Source: an uncultured archaeon (GTDB lineage Archaea > Iainarchaeota > Iainarchaeia > Iainarchaeales > CSSED10-239). From it: 32,000 nt of DNA. The position numbers and the translations under genes are program-made. Under the pieces are notes generated by a model. The model was not told the origin of the DNA. It did not search any database and saw only the letters and a program-made list of their open reading frames with translations. How positions within the stretch are numbered: the stretch's first letter is position 1; every line of letters begins with the position of its first letter. Below, piece by piece: positions 6,849-15,819 of the stretch. The stretch spans positions 30,001-62,000 of the forward strand of contig CAYXAY010000001.1 in assembly GCA_964463155.1 (NCBI GenBank), in the 5' to 3' direction.

Positions 6849-9218
6849 TTATATCACTTCAATATTATCATTATTTAGATACCGAATATTTAAAACATTA
6901 TGTGTTTTTAGTATGTCCCTTTCCATAGTCTTATATTTGTCATTTATCTTTAATTCTTTGATTTCGTCCTTTAATGACAAGTTATTGTCTTTTTTAAATT
7001 TCCAAATTGCATTATTTAGGTTTTCAATATCCTCAAAGTTCAAGGTGCTTGTAAAGCTTTCAATTTTTGGAAATTCGTTTTTGTTAGGGTCATTTTCATA
7101 AAGTACCAATAATATCTTTTGTGTAGTGAAAGGAATGATTGGAAACAACAATAGTAATAGTCTTTTAAGACAATAGTTCAATGTATCTATGCTTGCATTT
7201 TGTTCTTCCTTACTAAACTTTTTATCTTGATTATAGGCCCTGCTCTTAACCAGTTCAAGATAATGTGATGATAGGGTTGTCCACAAAAAGTATTTCAGCT
7301 TAACAATAGGGTTATGAAAATCATAAGCATTATATTTTTTATCACAATAATCAATCAATTCATTTACTTCTTTTAACATTGCTTTATCAAGTTCAGAGAA
7401 TTCTGAAACCGTTCCATCAATTCTCTTAAACTGCGAAATAAACTTAGCAACATTCCAAAGCTTGTTTAATGTTTTTTGCTCGCTTGAGATCCGATTCTTT
7501 GAACATTTCAAGTCCTTCTCATTAAGATTTCCTTCATCTGCCGCCCAAAGCCTTAAAGATTCCGCTCCAAAGTTTCTTAATATCTCTTGTGGGTCAATAA
7601 CATTACCTGAAGACTTTGCCAGCTTGTTTCCTTTTTCATCAACAATATGCTGATGTATATAAACATCATCAAAGATGACATTTCCAGTTAAAAGATAACA
7701 TTTCAAAAGCGTATAATGAAGCCAGGTTCTAACAATTTCTTTTCCTTGTGGTCTCAAAGTACAGATTGGATGTTTTTTATAAAACTCGCTTCCATAATCC
7801 AAAACAAACAAAGGAGATATTGATGAGTCAAACCAAGTATCAAATACTCTAGTTTCTCCTTCTATCTCTTGGCTTTGGCATTTAGGGCATTTCTTGACTG
7901 GCGCCTCTTCTTTCCAAGGCTTAACATATTTTCCTTTTTCTCCAAGGATGCCTTCTTTACAGTTTTTACAATACCATATAGGTATTTCAGTAGCATAATA
8001 TCTTCTTCTTGAGATTGGCCAATCAATTGAAACAACTTCTAGCCAATCAAGTAAGATTTTCTTTGTTGCAGGATTAGTGAAGTTTACCTTTTCTGCAATT
8101 TTTTTCATCTGTTCAATATATTCTGTTTGCTTTAAATAATATTCCTTCATTGAGATAAACTCAATCTCGTGTTTTGATCTCTCACAGATTGGAACCTTGT
8201 GCCGTATTATCTTTTCTTCAGTTATCAATCCTTTTTTTTTAAGCTCTTCAACCATCTTTTTCCTTGCGTCTTTAACAGTTAAGCCTTTTAAAAATTCAGC
8301 GTTTTCGTTCATGCAACCGGTAATGTCAATAGATATTATAGGTTTAATACCTTGCTCAATAAAAAACCTGATATCTGAGTAGTCTCCAGCAGAGCACATC
8401 ATGACAAGACCAGTGCCTTTGTCGGTTTTTGCCATTGGGTGTGATTTGATTGCTACTTCTTTATTAAACAAAGGAGAGATTGTTGTCTTTCCTTCAAGCT
8501 TCTGCCACCGCTCATCTTCAGGGTTAAATATTACCATTCCAAGTGAACAAACAAGTTCAGGTCTAGTTGTTGCTATTGGTATTTTTTCGGAAGTTTCCTT
8601 AACTTCAAACAATATTGTATAAAACTTAGAATCAACAACATCATAGTCGATCTCTGAGTCTGCAAGTGTTGTCTTACAGCCAGGACAATAGTTAGTTACT
8701 TTTTCATCAAGATAAATTAGTCCTTTTTTATAAAGCTCAATAAATGTTTCTTGTGTTAATGCCCTGTACTTATCTGAGTCTGTCTTGTAAATTGCTCCAA
8801 GCTTTTCGTTTTCCTTATATTCATTAAATGATATTCCGAGCTTGTAAAATGTGTCTGTTGTTTCAGAAGAGGTTTCTTCTAGAATTTTTTTACAATACTC
8901 AATATATGTTTCTCTGTCTGTGTTTAAAATTGAAATATTAAACTTTTTTTCTGCAGCCATCTCAATAGGAAGTCCGTTTCTATCAAGTCCCAAAGGAAAC
9001 AAGACATTAAATCCTTTAAGTCTTTTGTATCTTGATATAAAGTCCATGATTGAATAAGTGGATGCATGTCCAATATGAACTGGGCTATTAATATATGGTG
9101 GGGGGGTATCTATACTATAGACTGGTTTATTATTTTCTTTAAATTCAAAAGTCCTATTATCAATTTCTTTCTTTATGATTTCCTTTTCAAGTTCTTTGTT
9201 CCATTTATCAAATGCCAT
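6849..9218 (-). CDS. valS: valine--tRNA ligase (class Ia aminoacyl-tRNA synthetase)
   Basis: 789 aa. It has IDTPPPYINSPVHIGHASTY (HIGH motif), LGLDRNGLPIE, WPISRRRYYATEIPIWYC and a KMSKS-like KLAKSSGNVIDP. Zn-knuckle cysteines are present (CPGCKT, CKNC...CPKC). The PPP...HIGH context favours ValRS over IleRS or LeuRS. Confidence 0.7.
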   Translation of the reverse strand: MAFDKWNKELEKEIIKKEIDNRTFEFKENNKPVYSIDTPPPYINSPVHIGHASTYSIMDFISRYKRLKGFNVLFPLGLDRNGLPIEMAAEKKFNISILNTDRETYIEYCKKILEETSSETTDTFYKLGISFNEYKENEKLGAIYKTDSDKYRALTQETFIELYKKGLIYLDEKVTNYCPGCKTTLADSEIDYDVVDSKFYTILFEVKETSEKIPIATTRPELVCSLGMVIFNPEDERWQKLEGKTTISPLFNKEVAIKSHPMAKTDKGTGLVMMCSAGDYSDIRFFIEQGIKPIISIDITGCMNENAEFLKGLTVKDARKKMVEELKKKGLITEEKIIRHKVPICERSKHEIEFISMKEYYLKQTEYIEQMKKIAEKVNFTNPATKKILLDWLEVVSIDWPISRRRYYATEIPIWYCKNCKEGILGEKGKYVKPWKEEAPVKKCPKCQSQEIEGETRVFDTWFDSSISPLFVLDYGSEFYKKHPICTLRPQGKEIVRTWLHYTLLKCYLLTGNVIFDDVYIHQHIVDEKGNKLAKSSGNVIDPQEILRNFGAESLRLWAADEGNLNEKDLKCSKNRISSEQKTLNKLWNVAKFISQFKRIDGTVSEFSELDKAMLKEVNELIDYCDKKYNAYDFHNPIVKLKYFLWTTLSSHYLELVKSRAYNQDKKFSKEEQNASIDTLNYCLKRLLLLLFPIIPFTTQKILLVLYENDPNKNEFPKIESFTSTLNFEDIENLNNAIWKFKKDNNLSLKDEIKELKINDKYKTMERDILKTHNVLNIRYLNNDNIEVI

Positions 9219-9273
9219 AGGTTATCTCTTTTATATAATATATAATAAATTAACTATTAAAAAACAGTCGCTT

Positions 9274-9903
9274 TTATTTGTTTACCATCTGGATATACTT
9301 AATAACTGTCTGATAAGCATTTATCTCAGAGATTGTCTGCTGTATCTTTTCAGTTAGCTGGTCAATCTTAACTTGTGCGTTTTCTTTCTTGAACTGTTGC
9401 CTTTTTCGGTTATGATCTCCAATAACATTGTCCTTATAAATAAGTGAGCGATTGACGGTGTCAGAGAGTTTTTTTCTATAATCATAGTCCACTAAAAAAG
9501 TATCAGCAAGTGTCCCATACTCCGGGTCCATCATAACCTCATCAGTAAGCTTACAATTAACAACATCTTCTCTATATTCAGGATTAACTGCTTGTTTAAT
9601 TTTATGTTTCCAAAATTTTCCTTTAAAGAATTTAGTTACCTTAATGTTTCTATAATAATTATGTGCCTTGTCTTTTTCTTTCCCCCAAAACCTCTTAAGT
9701 CCCTTTAGCTTGTCTTTTGTTTCAGCCAATTCTGATATCTTTTGTTCCAGGTCTTTAAGCCCTGGGTGTATAATCTTTCCGTTCTCTAAAATTAGGAATT
9801 TTTTTTTTAAAAAAATATCTATATATACCTTATCTTCGTTTTTTTCTAACTTTAGTTCTTGAATAAACGTCTCGTAATTGTTTATTGTTTTGGTTAAAGG
9901 CAT
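9274..9903 (-). CDS. hypothetical soluble protein, Lys/aromatic-rich with C-terminal coiled-coil-like tail
   Basis: 209 aa ORF with no TM and no recognisable motif. It is flanked by plausible AT-rich promoter regions. Confidence 0.45.
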   Translation of the reverse strand: MPLTKTINNYETFIQELKLEKNEDKVYIDIFLKKKFLILENGKIIHPGLKDLEQKISELAETKDKLKGLKRFWGKEKDKAHNYYRNIKVTKFFKGKFWKHKIKQAVNPEYREDVVNCKLTDEVMMDPEYGTLADTFLVDYDYRKKLSDTVNRSLIYKDNVIGDHNRKRQQFKKENAQVKIDQLTEKIQQTISEINAYQTVIKYIQMVNK

Positions 9904-10020
9904 GTTAAATACACTTGAGTTTAGTATAAAAGAATAAATCTAAATGTTTTTAAAGCTTGACAAAAGAACTATTTTTAATGGTTTTCTGTCATAATTTTAT
10001 ATTTAAAGATGTGAAAAACT

Positions 10021-10341
10021 ATGTTTGGCGGAATAGATCCTAGAAAAATGCAAAGTATGATGAAACAACTGGGAATTGAAAACAAAGAGATTCCTGCAAA
10101 GAAAGTAATAATTGAAACAGATTCTAAAAAGATAATTATAGAAAACCCAACAGTAACAGAAGTGTCAATGCAAGACCAAAAGACCTATCAGATAATAGGG
10201 GATGTTAAAGAAGAAACAGATATCCCAAATGAAGACATTAATATGGTAGTAGAGGCAACTGGTAAATCTGAAAAAGAAGCAAAAGTAGCTCTTGAAAAGA
10301 CCTCAGGAGACATAGCTAAAGCCATAGAGTTACTTGGATAA
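10021..10341 (+). CDS. nac: nascent polypeptide-associated complex protein (NAC domain + UBA)
   Basis: 106 aa. MMKQLGIENKEIPAKKVIIETDSKKIIIENPTVTEV...YQIIG forms the NAC beta-barrel. The C-terminal EKEAKVALEKTSGDIAKAIELL is UBA-like. Confidence 0.85.
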   Translation: MFGGIDPRKMQSMMKQLGIENKEIPAKKVIIETDSKKIIIENPTVTEVSMQDQKTYQIIGDVKEETDIPNEDINMVVEATGKSEKEAKVALEKTSGDIAKAIELLG

Positions 10342-11382
10342 TCCCAAGTAAAGAAGGCTGTCTTTTTGATGATATCCTTGTATATTTAATGTAACTGTTT
10401 CTTTGTCAAGGTCTTCAGGATAATCCAGTAATGCTTGTGTTTGATTATTGTCATAATTGTATTTTTTACCTTCAATAACAACATTACTAGTGTCTACAAG
10501 CGCCGCCACCTTGTATTTATTGGCGTTGTTGTTAATATTATTGTCAGCAAAGAGTTTATTTATTATTTCAGTGCTAACATTTTCTTGATTAAATACAATA
10601 ACCAATGTATCAGAGTCTTTATTTATTTCAAAGTTATAATCTTTTAGTTTGTTTTCAAGTATTGCAATTGTTTGGTTATCATCAGAGTTGATGTCTGTTT
10701 GAAGATAAATTATTGGTTCAATTGAAACAACATCAAACTCTCCTGAACTAAAAAGCATCTGTGGCGCGTTACTACTATTATAGATTTCAATTCCGGTAGC
10801 ACTGATTAGTTGTTGGCCAGAAAAACTAGCATAGCACACCACAGTGATGTCGTCCCCTTTTACAGTATTAATATTAACAATGCCCTCAATAGGGGTTGCC
10901 CCAAAGTAATATTCAATACTTTGATTTAAATCGTTTGAGAAGTTCACATCTTCTGGCGCCTCTAATAAAGCAGACTGGTAGATTTCAATAGGCTCCTCTA
11001 TAATTTCTATTTCTCTTATTTCAGAAATTATTTCTTGTTTTTTCTCTGCCACAACATTCAATGTAATTACAACACTGATATTTCCGTCTTCTGCTTGCCT
11101 AAATGATGTGTTTTTTTTTTTAATTCCTTGAATATCCAAAAGTTTATCATTGATTGCGTTTTCTTCATAATATACAGGTCTTCCAGCAACAATAATTTGT
11201 GGAAACACATCAAGTACTTTAGCATCAAACTGTGCCTGGTAATTAACAGGTTCAGTGTTTAGATCTGCTAGTGGTTCTTGCGATTCATCGCCACCAAACC
11301 CTCTTGTTATTATCGCAAACATAGACCCTACACACAATAACACAATAAATATAGAAAATGCTGTCTTTTTATCCACTCTCAT
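10330..11382 (-). CDS. hypothetical membrane-anchored or secreted acidic protein
   Basis: 350 aa with an N-terminal signal-anchor (AFSIFIVLLCVGSMFAIITRGF) and an Asn/Asp/Glu/Ile-rich ectodomain. No family recognised. Its 3-prime end overlaps nac by 12 nt in convergent orientation. Confidence 0.55.
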   Translation of the reverse strand: MRVDKKTAFSIFIVLLCVGSMFAIITRGFGGDESQEPLADLNTEPVNYQAQFDAKVLDVFPQIIVAGRPVYYEENAINDKLLDIQGIKKKNTSFRQAEDGNISVVITLNVVAEKKQEIISEIREIEIIEEPIEIYQSALLEAPEDVNFSNDLNQSIEYYFGATPIEGIVNINTVKGDDITVVCYASFSGQQLISATGIEIYNSSNAPQMLFSSGEFDVVSIEPIIYLQTDINSDDNQTIAILENKLKDYNFEINKDSDTLVIVFNQENVSTEIINKLFADNNINNNANKYKVAALVDTSNVVIEGKKYNYDNNQTQALLDYPEDLDKETVTLNIQGYHQKDSLLYLGLSK

Positions 11383-11466
11383 AAATAGTTCACTTTTATT
11401 ATTAGTTTTTTATATATTATATATACTATTAACTATTTAAATTAAATCATTACGGCCATAAAACAA

Positions 11467-12360
11467 ATGCTTTCAAAAAACAAATGGGTTTTAGCACCAA
11501 TGCTAGAATACACAAATCTCCGTTTAGACATCTTTGTAAAGGAAACCATTGTTCTTTACTTTACACAAAGATGGTTCACACAAATCATATTCTAAACAAG
11601 CGGTTGTCAGAGATATCAGAATTAGAAGCAAAAGACGAGAATTACCCAGTCTCTCTCCAGCTTGTTGGAAATTTTACTTATAAAAAAACAACAGTCTCTG
11701 CTTTTGAGAAAATAGAAAAGCGCTCTTTCAAGAGAATAGATTTCAACCTTGGATGTCCTTCTCCAAAGGCTGCTGCAGACAAATCTGGTTCTTTCCTTCG
11801 AGACGATATTTCTGTGTTTCAAAAACCCAAAGGAAATAAAAGAAACGACTAAGAAGATTACAGCAAAGGCAAGGCTCGGAACTACAAAAAACAACAAATC
11901 AGTGATTGCAAAGACTTTAAAAGATGCAAACAGTGACGCAATAGCAATACATGACCAGCAAAAGATTTAAGGCTATAAATCAAAATCAGATTACAAAGAA
12001 GTAGAAAAAATAGCAAAAGAACTAACAATTTCATTGATCTACAATGGAGACATAAACAAAAATAACTATTCAATGTTTAATGACATTGAGGTATTTTCAG
12101 GACTAATGCCTGGAAGAACAGCATTAACTGATCCTTATAGATTCTCATTAATAGCAAATAAGAATCCAAAAACCAAAGAAGAAAACATAAAAGCTGTTAT
12201 TGATTTTTCAAAAAAATACAATATGTTTTTACATTCCCAGAAAAACGTTCTTTTGCAATTAGTCTCTGGCTTTTTTGGTTCAAGAAAAGTAAGGGAAAAG
12301 ATAACAACTCTAAAAACCAAAGAAGAAATTGATTCCTTGTTCTATAAAAAGAAAAAATAA
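11467..12360 (+). pseudogene. dus: decaying tRNA-dihydrouridine synthase (Dus family) gene: two frameshifts plus an in-frame stop
   Basis: Dus motifs run colinearly across three reading segments. Segment 1 reads MLSKNKWVLAPMLEYTNL (frame of 11467). Segment 2 reads PFRHLCK...YPVSLQLVGN...IDFNLGCPSPKAAADKSGSFL (frame of 11484, shift at CTCC|G 11518-11522). Segment 3 reads KITAKARLG...ANSDAIAIH (frame of 11749, shift near the A-run at 11821-11830). A TAA lies at 11968-11970. The same frame then continues with DYKEVEKIAKELTISLIYNGDI...GLMPGRTALTDPY. Confidence 0.7.
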
Positions 12361-13064
12361 ATTACAACTGCCAAAAGAACAATCAAATTAATATACCAAT
12401 ATTTGATTAGCATCCTAAGAAAGAAAAGAGCTATATCAAATATTCCAATAAAGAAATCAGCAATGTACTTAAAAAGCTTTTTTGGATCCTTTAAATCGCT
12501 CATCATTTCTGTAAAAAGCGCACTATCGCTTTTCTTAATCTTTCCAAGTTTTTGTAAATTATTGATTTTTCCCATGACTGCGTCAAAATAAAGCTCTAAG
12601 TTATCAATATCGCATCTCCAAATAGGTATATACATTTCTTCAAAGCCACTAAGTGAAATGCTAGTCTTTTCAACATTAAACTTGCAAGAAAGCATCTTTG
12701 TGACTGTTTCTTTTGTTTCTTCTATACTTACAAGTGATTTTTTAACTCTGATCTCCACTCTCTCAATAAAAACATCTATGCTATCAAGAACCCGTGGAGT
12801 AAACTTTTCAAGCAATATCAAGAATTCGTCTTCAATCTTATTAGTAAGGGAATTAAGGGCGGTCTGTCCTGAGATATGATGATATTTATTGTCTATTCTA
12901 CAATCAATATCATAGAAGCATACCCAATAAGGCACGATATTAAGGTGAAGATTTTCTTTTGTAATCTTTACCTTGTACCCTTTTTTGTCAAACTCTTTTT
13001 GGAATTTGGAAATCGCTTCCTCAAGAGTTACTTTGACAGGAAAGGAACATTTATTTAATTCCAT
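12342..13064 (-). CDS. hypothetical tail-anchored membrane protein, co-oriented 5 nt downstream of sepF
   Basis: 240 aa. The soluble N-terminal part has an internally repeated strand motif (NIVPYWVCFYDIDC and MYIPIWRCDIDN). The C-terminus is hydrophobic (FFIGIFDIALFFL...INLIVLLAVVIYFFFL). No family recognised. Confidence 0.55.
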   Translation of the reverse strand: MELNKCSFPVKVTLEEAISKFQKEFDKKGYKVKITKENLHLNIVPYWVCFYDIDCRIDNKYHHISGQTALNSLTNKIEDEFLILLEKFTPRVLDSIDVFIERVEIRVKKSLVSIEETKETVTKMLSCKFNVEKTSISLSGFEEMYIPIWRCDIDNLELYFDAVMGKINNLQKLGKIKKSDSALFTEMMSDLKDPKKLFKYIADFFIGIFDIALFFLRMLIKYWYINLIVLLAVVIYFFFL

Positions 13065-13069
13065 CTATC

Positions 13070-13411
13070 TTATCTTTTTTTTATCTTGACTTTTGATGGT
13101 GTTAAAAGTATCTTTGCTGCAGAAATCATTGCAAGGTCTCCACCTGTGTCTTTAACATACATTTTTATTTGTCCTAAAAATTGCTTTGCTCTTTGTGCAT
13201 TTCTCTTTGTTAAGTTCTCTATGTCTAAAAGAACAATGTTTCTCTCTTTAAGCTCTCTGATAGCTTCTTCAACTTCTGCATTAGTTTGTAAGTTGATAGG
13301 TTTTACCCAAAAGTCTACTTCTTCTGGTTCCTCGTCAACTTCCATGTTGTTTAAGTAGTCATCAACATCTAAATCTGATTTTTTTGCAAAAACATTGTCA
13401 AAAAATGCCAT
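13070..13411 (-). CDS. sepF: cell division protein SepF (archaeal type)
   Basis: 113 aa. It has an N-terminal amphipathic MAFFDNVFAKK (membrane-targeting-helix-like), an acidic linker and a DUF552 core (VKPINLQTNAEVEEAIRELKERNIVLLDIENL...AKQFLGQIKMYVKDTGGDLAMISAAKILLTP). Confidence 0.7.
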   Translation of the reverse strand: MAFFDNVFAKKSDLDVDDYLNNMEVDEEPEEVDFWVKPINLQTNAEVEEAIRELKERNIVLLDIENLTKRNAQRAKQFLGQIKMYVKDTGGDLAMISAAKILLTPSKVKIKKR

Positions 13412-13598
13412 ATTGTTTCACCTTTTTTATTATTCCCCTTTTTATTAAAAATATATAGTAATATAATACTGAACCAAAATATATAAAAACAAATTGTTCT
13501 TTAATATAGAACTTTTTTCAGATAATTTCGGGCTTCCCTTTATAAATCTAACATCTCTTTAAATTACTTTTTAGCCATAATTTATATAGGTTACAGAC

Positions 13599-14768
13599 AT
13601 GAATCCAACACACACAATAATCCATTATTCAGAGATTGGAATTAAAAAGAACAACAGGTTTATTTTTGAGACCCAACTTTTAAGAAACATCAATTTCGCG
13701 TGTAAATACCACATTTTATCGTCATTCAAGAGATATGGAAGAATGGTTCTTGTTCTAAAAGAGGATTCTGATATTTCTACACTTACAAGGATTTTAAAAA
13801 ATATACCTGGAGTCTCAAGTTTTTCTTTTTCATATTTCTGCGAAAGGGATATTGACAAGATTAGAAAGCTTGCTTTTGATATTTCTAAAGCCAAAGAAAA
13901 GGAGTTTTCTAATTTTAGAATAACCACAAGACGCTCCTTTAAAAAATTTCCACTAACTTCTCAAGAAACCGATAAAAAGGTTGGAGAAAATATCTTCATG
14001 AAACTTAAAAAGCCAGTTAAACTAAAGGGTGCTGATCTAGACATTATTATTGAGATAACAGAAAAAGAGGTCTTTGTCTATACCAACAAAGACAGCTTCA
14101 AGAGTATTGGTGGTCTTCCAGTTGGCTCAACAGGAAAACTAGTATGTTCTCTTTCAGGAGGCATTGACAGTCCTGTTTCTGGCTATATGCTTAACAAAAG
14201 GGGTAGTAAGGTAATTTATGTTCATATCCAAAGCAATAATTTAGTGACAAAGGAAGTCGAAGACAAAATATTCAAGCTTTGTAATGTCCTAAAATACTTT
14301 CAAGGCGAGACAAAGCTTATTATCGTGCCTTTCTCTGATATCCAAAAGCAATTGTTGATGGCAGTTCCTGCTGATTACAGAATGATAATCTATAGAAGAT
14401 TCATGTTTAGGATTATTGGAAAAATTGCTGATAAGGAAAATGCCCTTGGCATCATAACTGGTGACTCTGTTGGTCAAGTTGCTTCTCAAACCCTTGAAAA
14501 CCTCAATTGCATCTATGAAGCTAGCCCTCTTCCAGTCATCTCCCCATTAATCGGCCTAAACAAAGAAGAGATAACAGATATTGCTCAAAAGATTGGAACC
14601 TATGACATCTCAATTATCCCGTATCCAGACTGCTGTTCCTTTATGGTTGCTGAGCATCCAAAGACCAAAGGCAACCTTAGAGATGTCAAATACATTGAAA
14701 GCAACATCAAAGACATCGACCTTCTAGTCAACGATGCAATCTCAAAATCAAAGATTTATAATTTCTAA
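13599..14768 (+). CDS. thiI: tRNA 4-thiouridine synthase ThiI (THUMP + PP-loop, no rhodanese domain)
   Basis: 389 aa. IHYSEIGIKKNNR opens the N-terminal ferredoxin-like/THUMP region. It has the PP-loop SLSGGIDSPV, the GDSVGQVASQTLENL box and the C-terminal PDCCSF cysteines. Confidence 0.85.
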   Translation: MNPTHTIIHYSEIGIKKNNRFIFETQLLRNINFACKYHILSSFKRYGRMVLVLKEDSDISTLTRILKNIPGVSSFSFSYFCERDIDKIRKLAFDISKAKEKEFSNFRITTRRSFKKFPLTSQETDKKVGENIFMKLKKPVKLKGADLDIIIEITEKEVFVYTNKDSFKSIGGLPVGSTGKLVCSLSGGIDSPVSGYMLNKRGSKVIYVHIQSNNLVTKEVEDKIFKLCNVLKYFQGETKLIIVPFSDIQKQLLMAVPADYRMIIYRRFMFRIIGKIADKENALGIITGDSVGQVASQTLENLNCIYEASPLPVISPLIGLNKEEITDIAQKIGTYDISIIPYPDCCSFMVAEHPKTKGNLRDVKYIESNIKDIDLLVNDAISKSKIYNF

Positions 14769-14778
14769 AGAGAAAAAC

Positions 14779-15819
14779 ATGAAGGACAAAAGAATAGTTG
14801 TTGGCGTTTCTGGTGGTGTTGATTCTTCAATGAGCCTTGTTGTTCTACAGAAGAGGGGGTATACACCAATTGCTGTTTCTCTTAAGCTTCCAGTCTGGAA
14901 AGACGCAAACTGTAAAGACAATTCTTGTTGTACTCCTCAGGCTCTAAAGATAGCAAAAGAGATTTGTAAGAAGTTTGGTATCAAGTATCACGTTGTTGAT
15001 GAAAGAAAAAACTTTCAAAAAGAGGTTGTTTCTTATTTCAAAAAGGAATTAAAAAATAACAGAACTCCAAACCCTTGCGTTGTTTGTAATCGTTATTCAA
15101 AAATTAAAGCTCTTCTGGATTTTGCAGATAAACATAAGATAAAATTTGTAGCAACAGGCCATTATGCTAAGATAAAAAACAACAATCTATGTAAACCAAA
15201 AGACAAAGAAAAGGACCAGATTTATGGCCTTTGTCTTCTTAAGAAGGATTGGCTATCAAGAATTATTTTCCCTTTGGCAGATATGACTAAAGACCAAGTA
15301 TATTCTCTTGCTCAAAAGCAAGACTTTGATTATTTCTCTAAAACTAAGCAAAGCCAAGATTTTTGTTATGTCTCAGGTAGTGACATTTCAAAATTTGTTG
15401 AAAAAGAACTTGGGAAAAAACCAGGTAAGATTGTTGATGCCCACGGAAAGTTTCTTGGCACCCATAACGGCCTTTGGTTTTATACTCTTGGTCAAAGAAA
15501 AGGCCTGGGAAAAAATGGCAAAAGATATTTTGTGTCTGGGTTTAACACTAAAAAGAATCAATTGATAATTACAGAAAAGCTTGAAAAGAAAATAAAAGAA
15601 ATTTCTTTAGAGAAAGTTAATCTTTTAATAGAAAAACTTCCAAAAAATCTAAAAGTTAAGATTAGATATACGACTACAGAGCTTTCAGCAAAAGTAACTT
15701 TGCAAAAAGGAAATAAAGCAAAAGTAATCTTTGCTTTTCCTCAAGCAGTAGTAACTCCTGGTCAGTTCTGTGTGTTTTACAAAGGCGATAAATGCCTAGG
15801 CGGAGGAATAATAAAATGA
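14779..15819 (+). CDS. mnmA: tRNA-specific 2-thiouridylase MnmA-type (CxxC variant)
   Basis: It has the PP-loop VGVSGGVDSS, TPNPCVVCN, ATGHYA, KDQIYGL and QDFCYV. The start is set at ATG 14779 (MKDKRIVVGVSGG) rather than the track start at 14734, which lies inside thiI. Confidence 0.85.
   Translation: MKDKRIVVGVSGGVDSSMSLVVLQKRGYTPIAVSLKLPVWKDANCKDNSCCTPQALKIAKEICKKFGIKYHVVDERKNFQKEVVSYFKKELKNNRTPNPCVVCNRYSKIKALLDFADKHKIKFVATGHYAKIKNNNLCKPKDKEKDQIYGLCLLKKDWLSRIIFPLADMTKDQVYSLAQKQDFDYFSKTKQSQDFCYVSGSDISKFVEKELGKKPGKIVDAHGKFLGTHNGLWFYTLGQRKGLGKNGKRYFVSGFNTKKNQLIITEKLEKKIKEISLEKVNLLIEKLPKNLKVKIRYTTTELSAKVTLQKGNKAKVIFAFPQAVVTPGQFCVFYKGDKCLGGGIIK

Noticed and set aside
11111-11121. Homopolymer tracts as phase-variation switches in general (T11 here; A/T runs of 9-10 also in valS, rps3ae and the 9274-9903 ORF)
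   Set aside because: They mostly encode Lys-Lys-Lys in an AT-rich genome and occur in essential genes too, so they are not a specific signal. Only the longest one, in the surface protein, is kept as a low-interest note.
11968-11970. In-frame TAA in the dus reading frame as possible stop-codon recoding or an alternative genetic code
   Set aside because: All other genes in the window terminate normally at standard stops and give full-length family-typical proteins. The same gene also has two frameshifts and a degraded conserved box, so pseudogenisation is the simpler explanation.
14734-14778. Longer N-terminal extensions offered by the track for mnmA (14734), the phosphatase (15792) and the DRG GTPase (21523)
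   Set aside because: The extensions overlap the preceding genes and precede the conserved N-terminal motifs. Internal ATGs at 14779, 15816 and 21565 give canonical N-termini and tight or ATGA-coupled junctions.
15308-15565. 85 aa alternative-frame + strand ORF within mnmA
   Set aside because: It is out of frame with the MnmA motifs that run continuously through this region, and it shows no independent signal.
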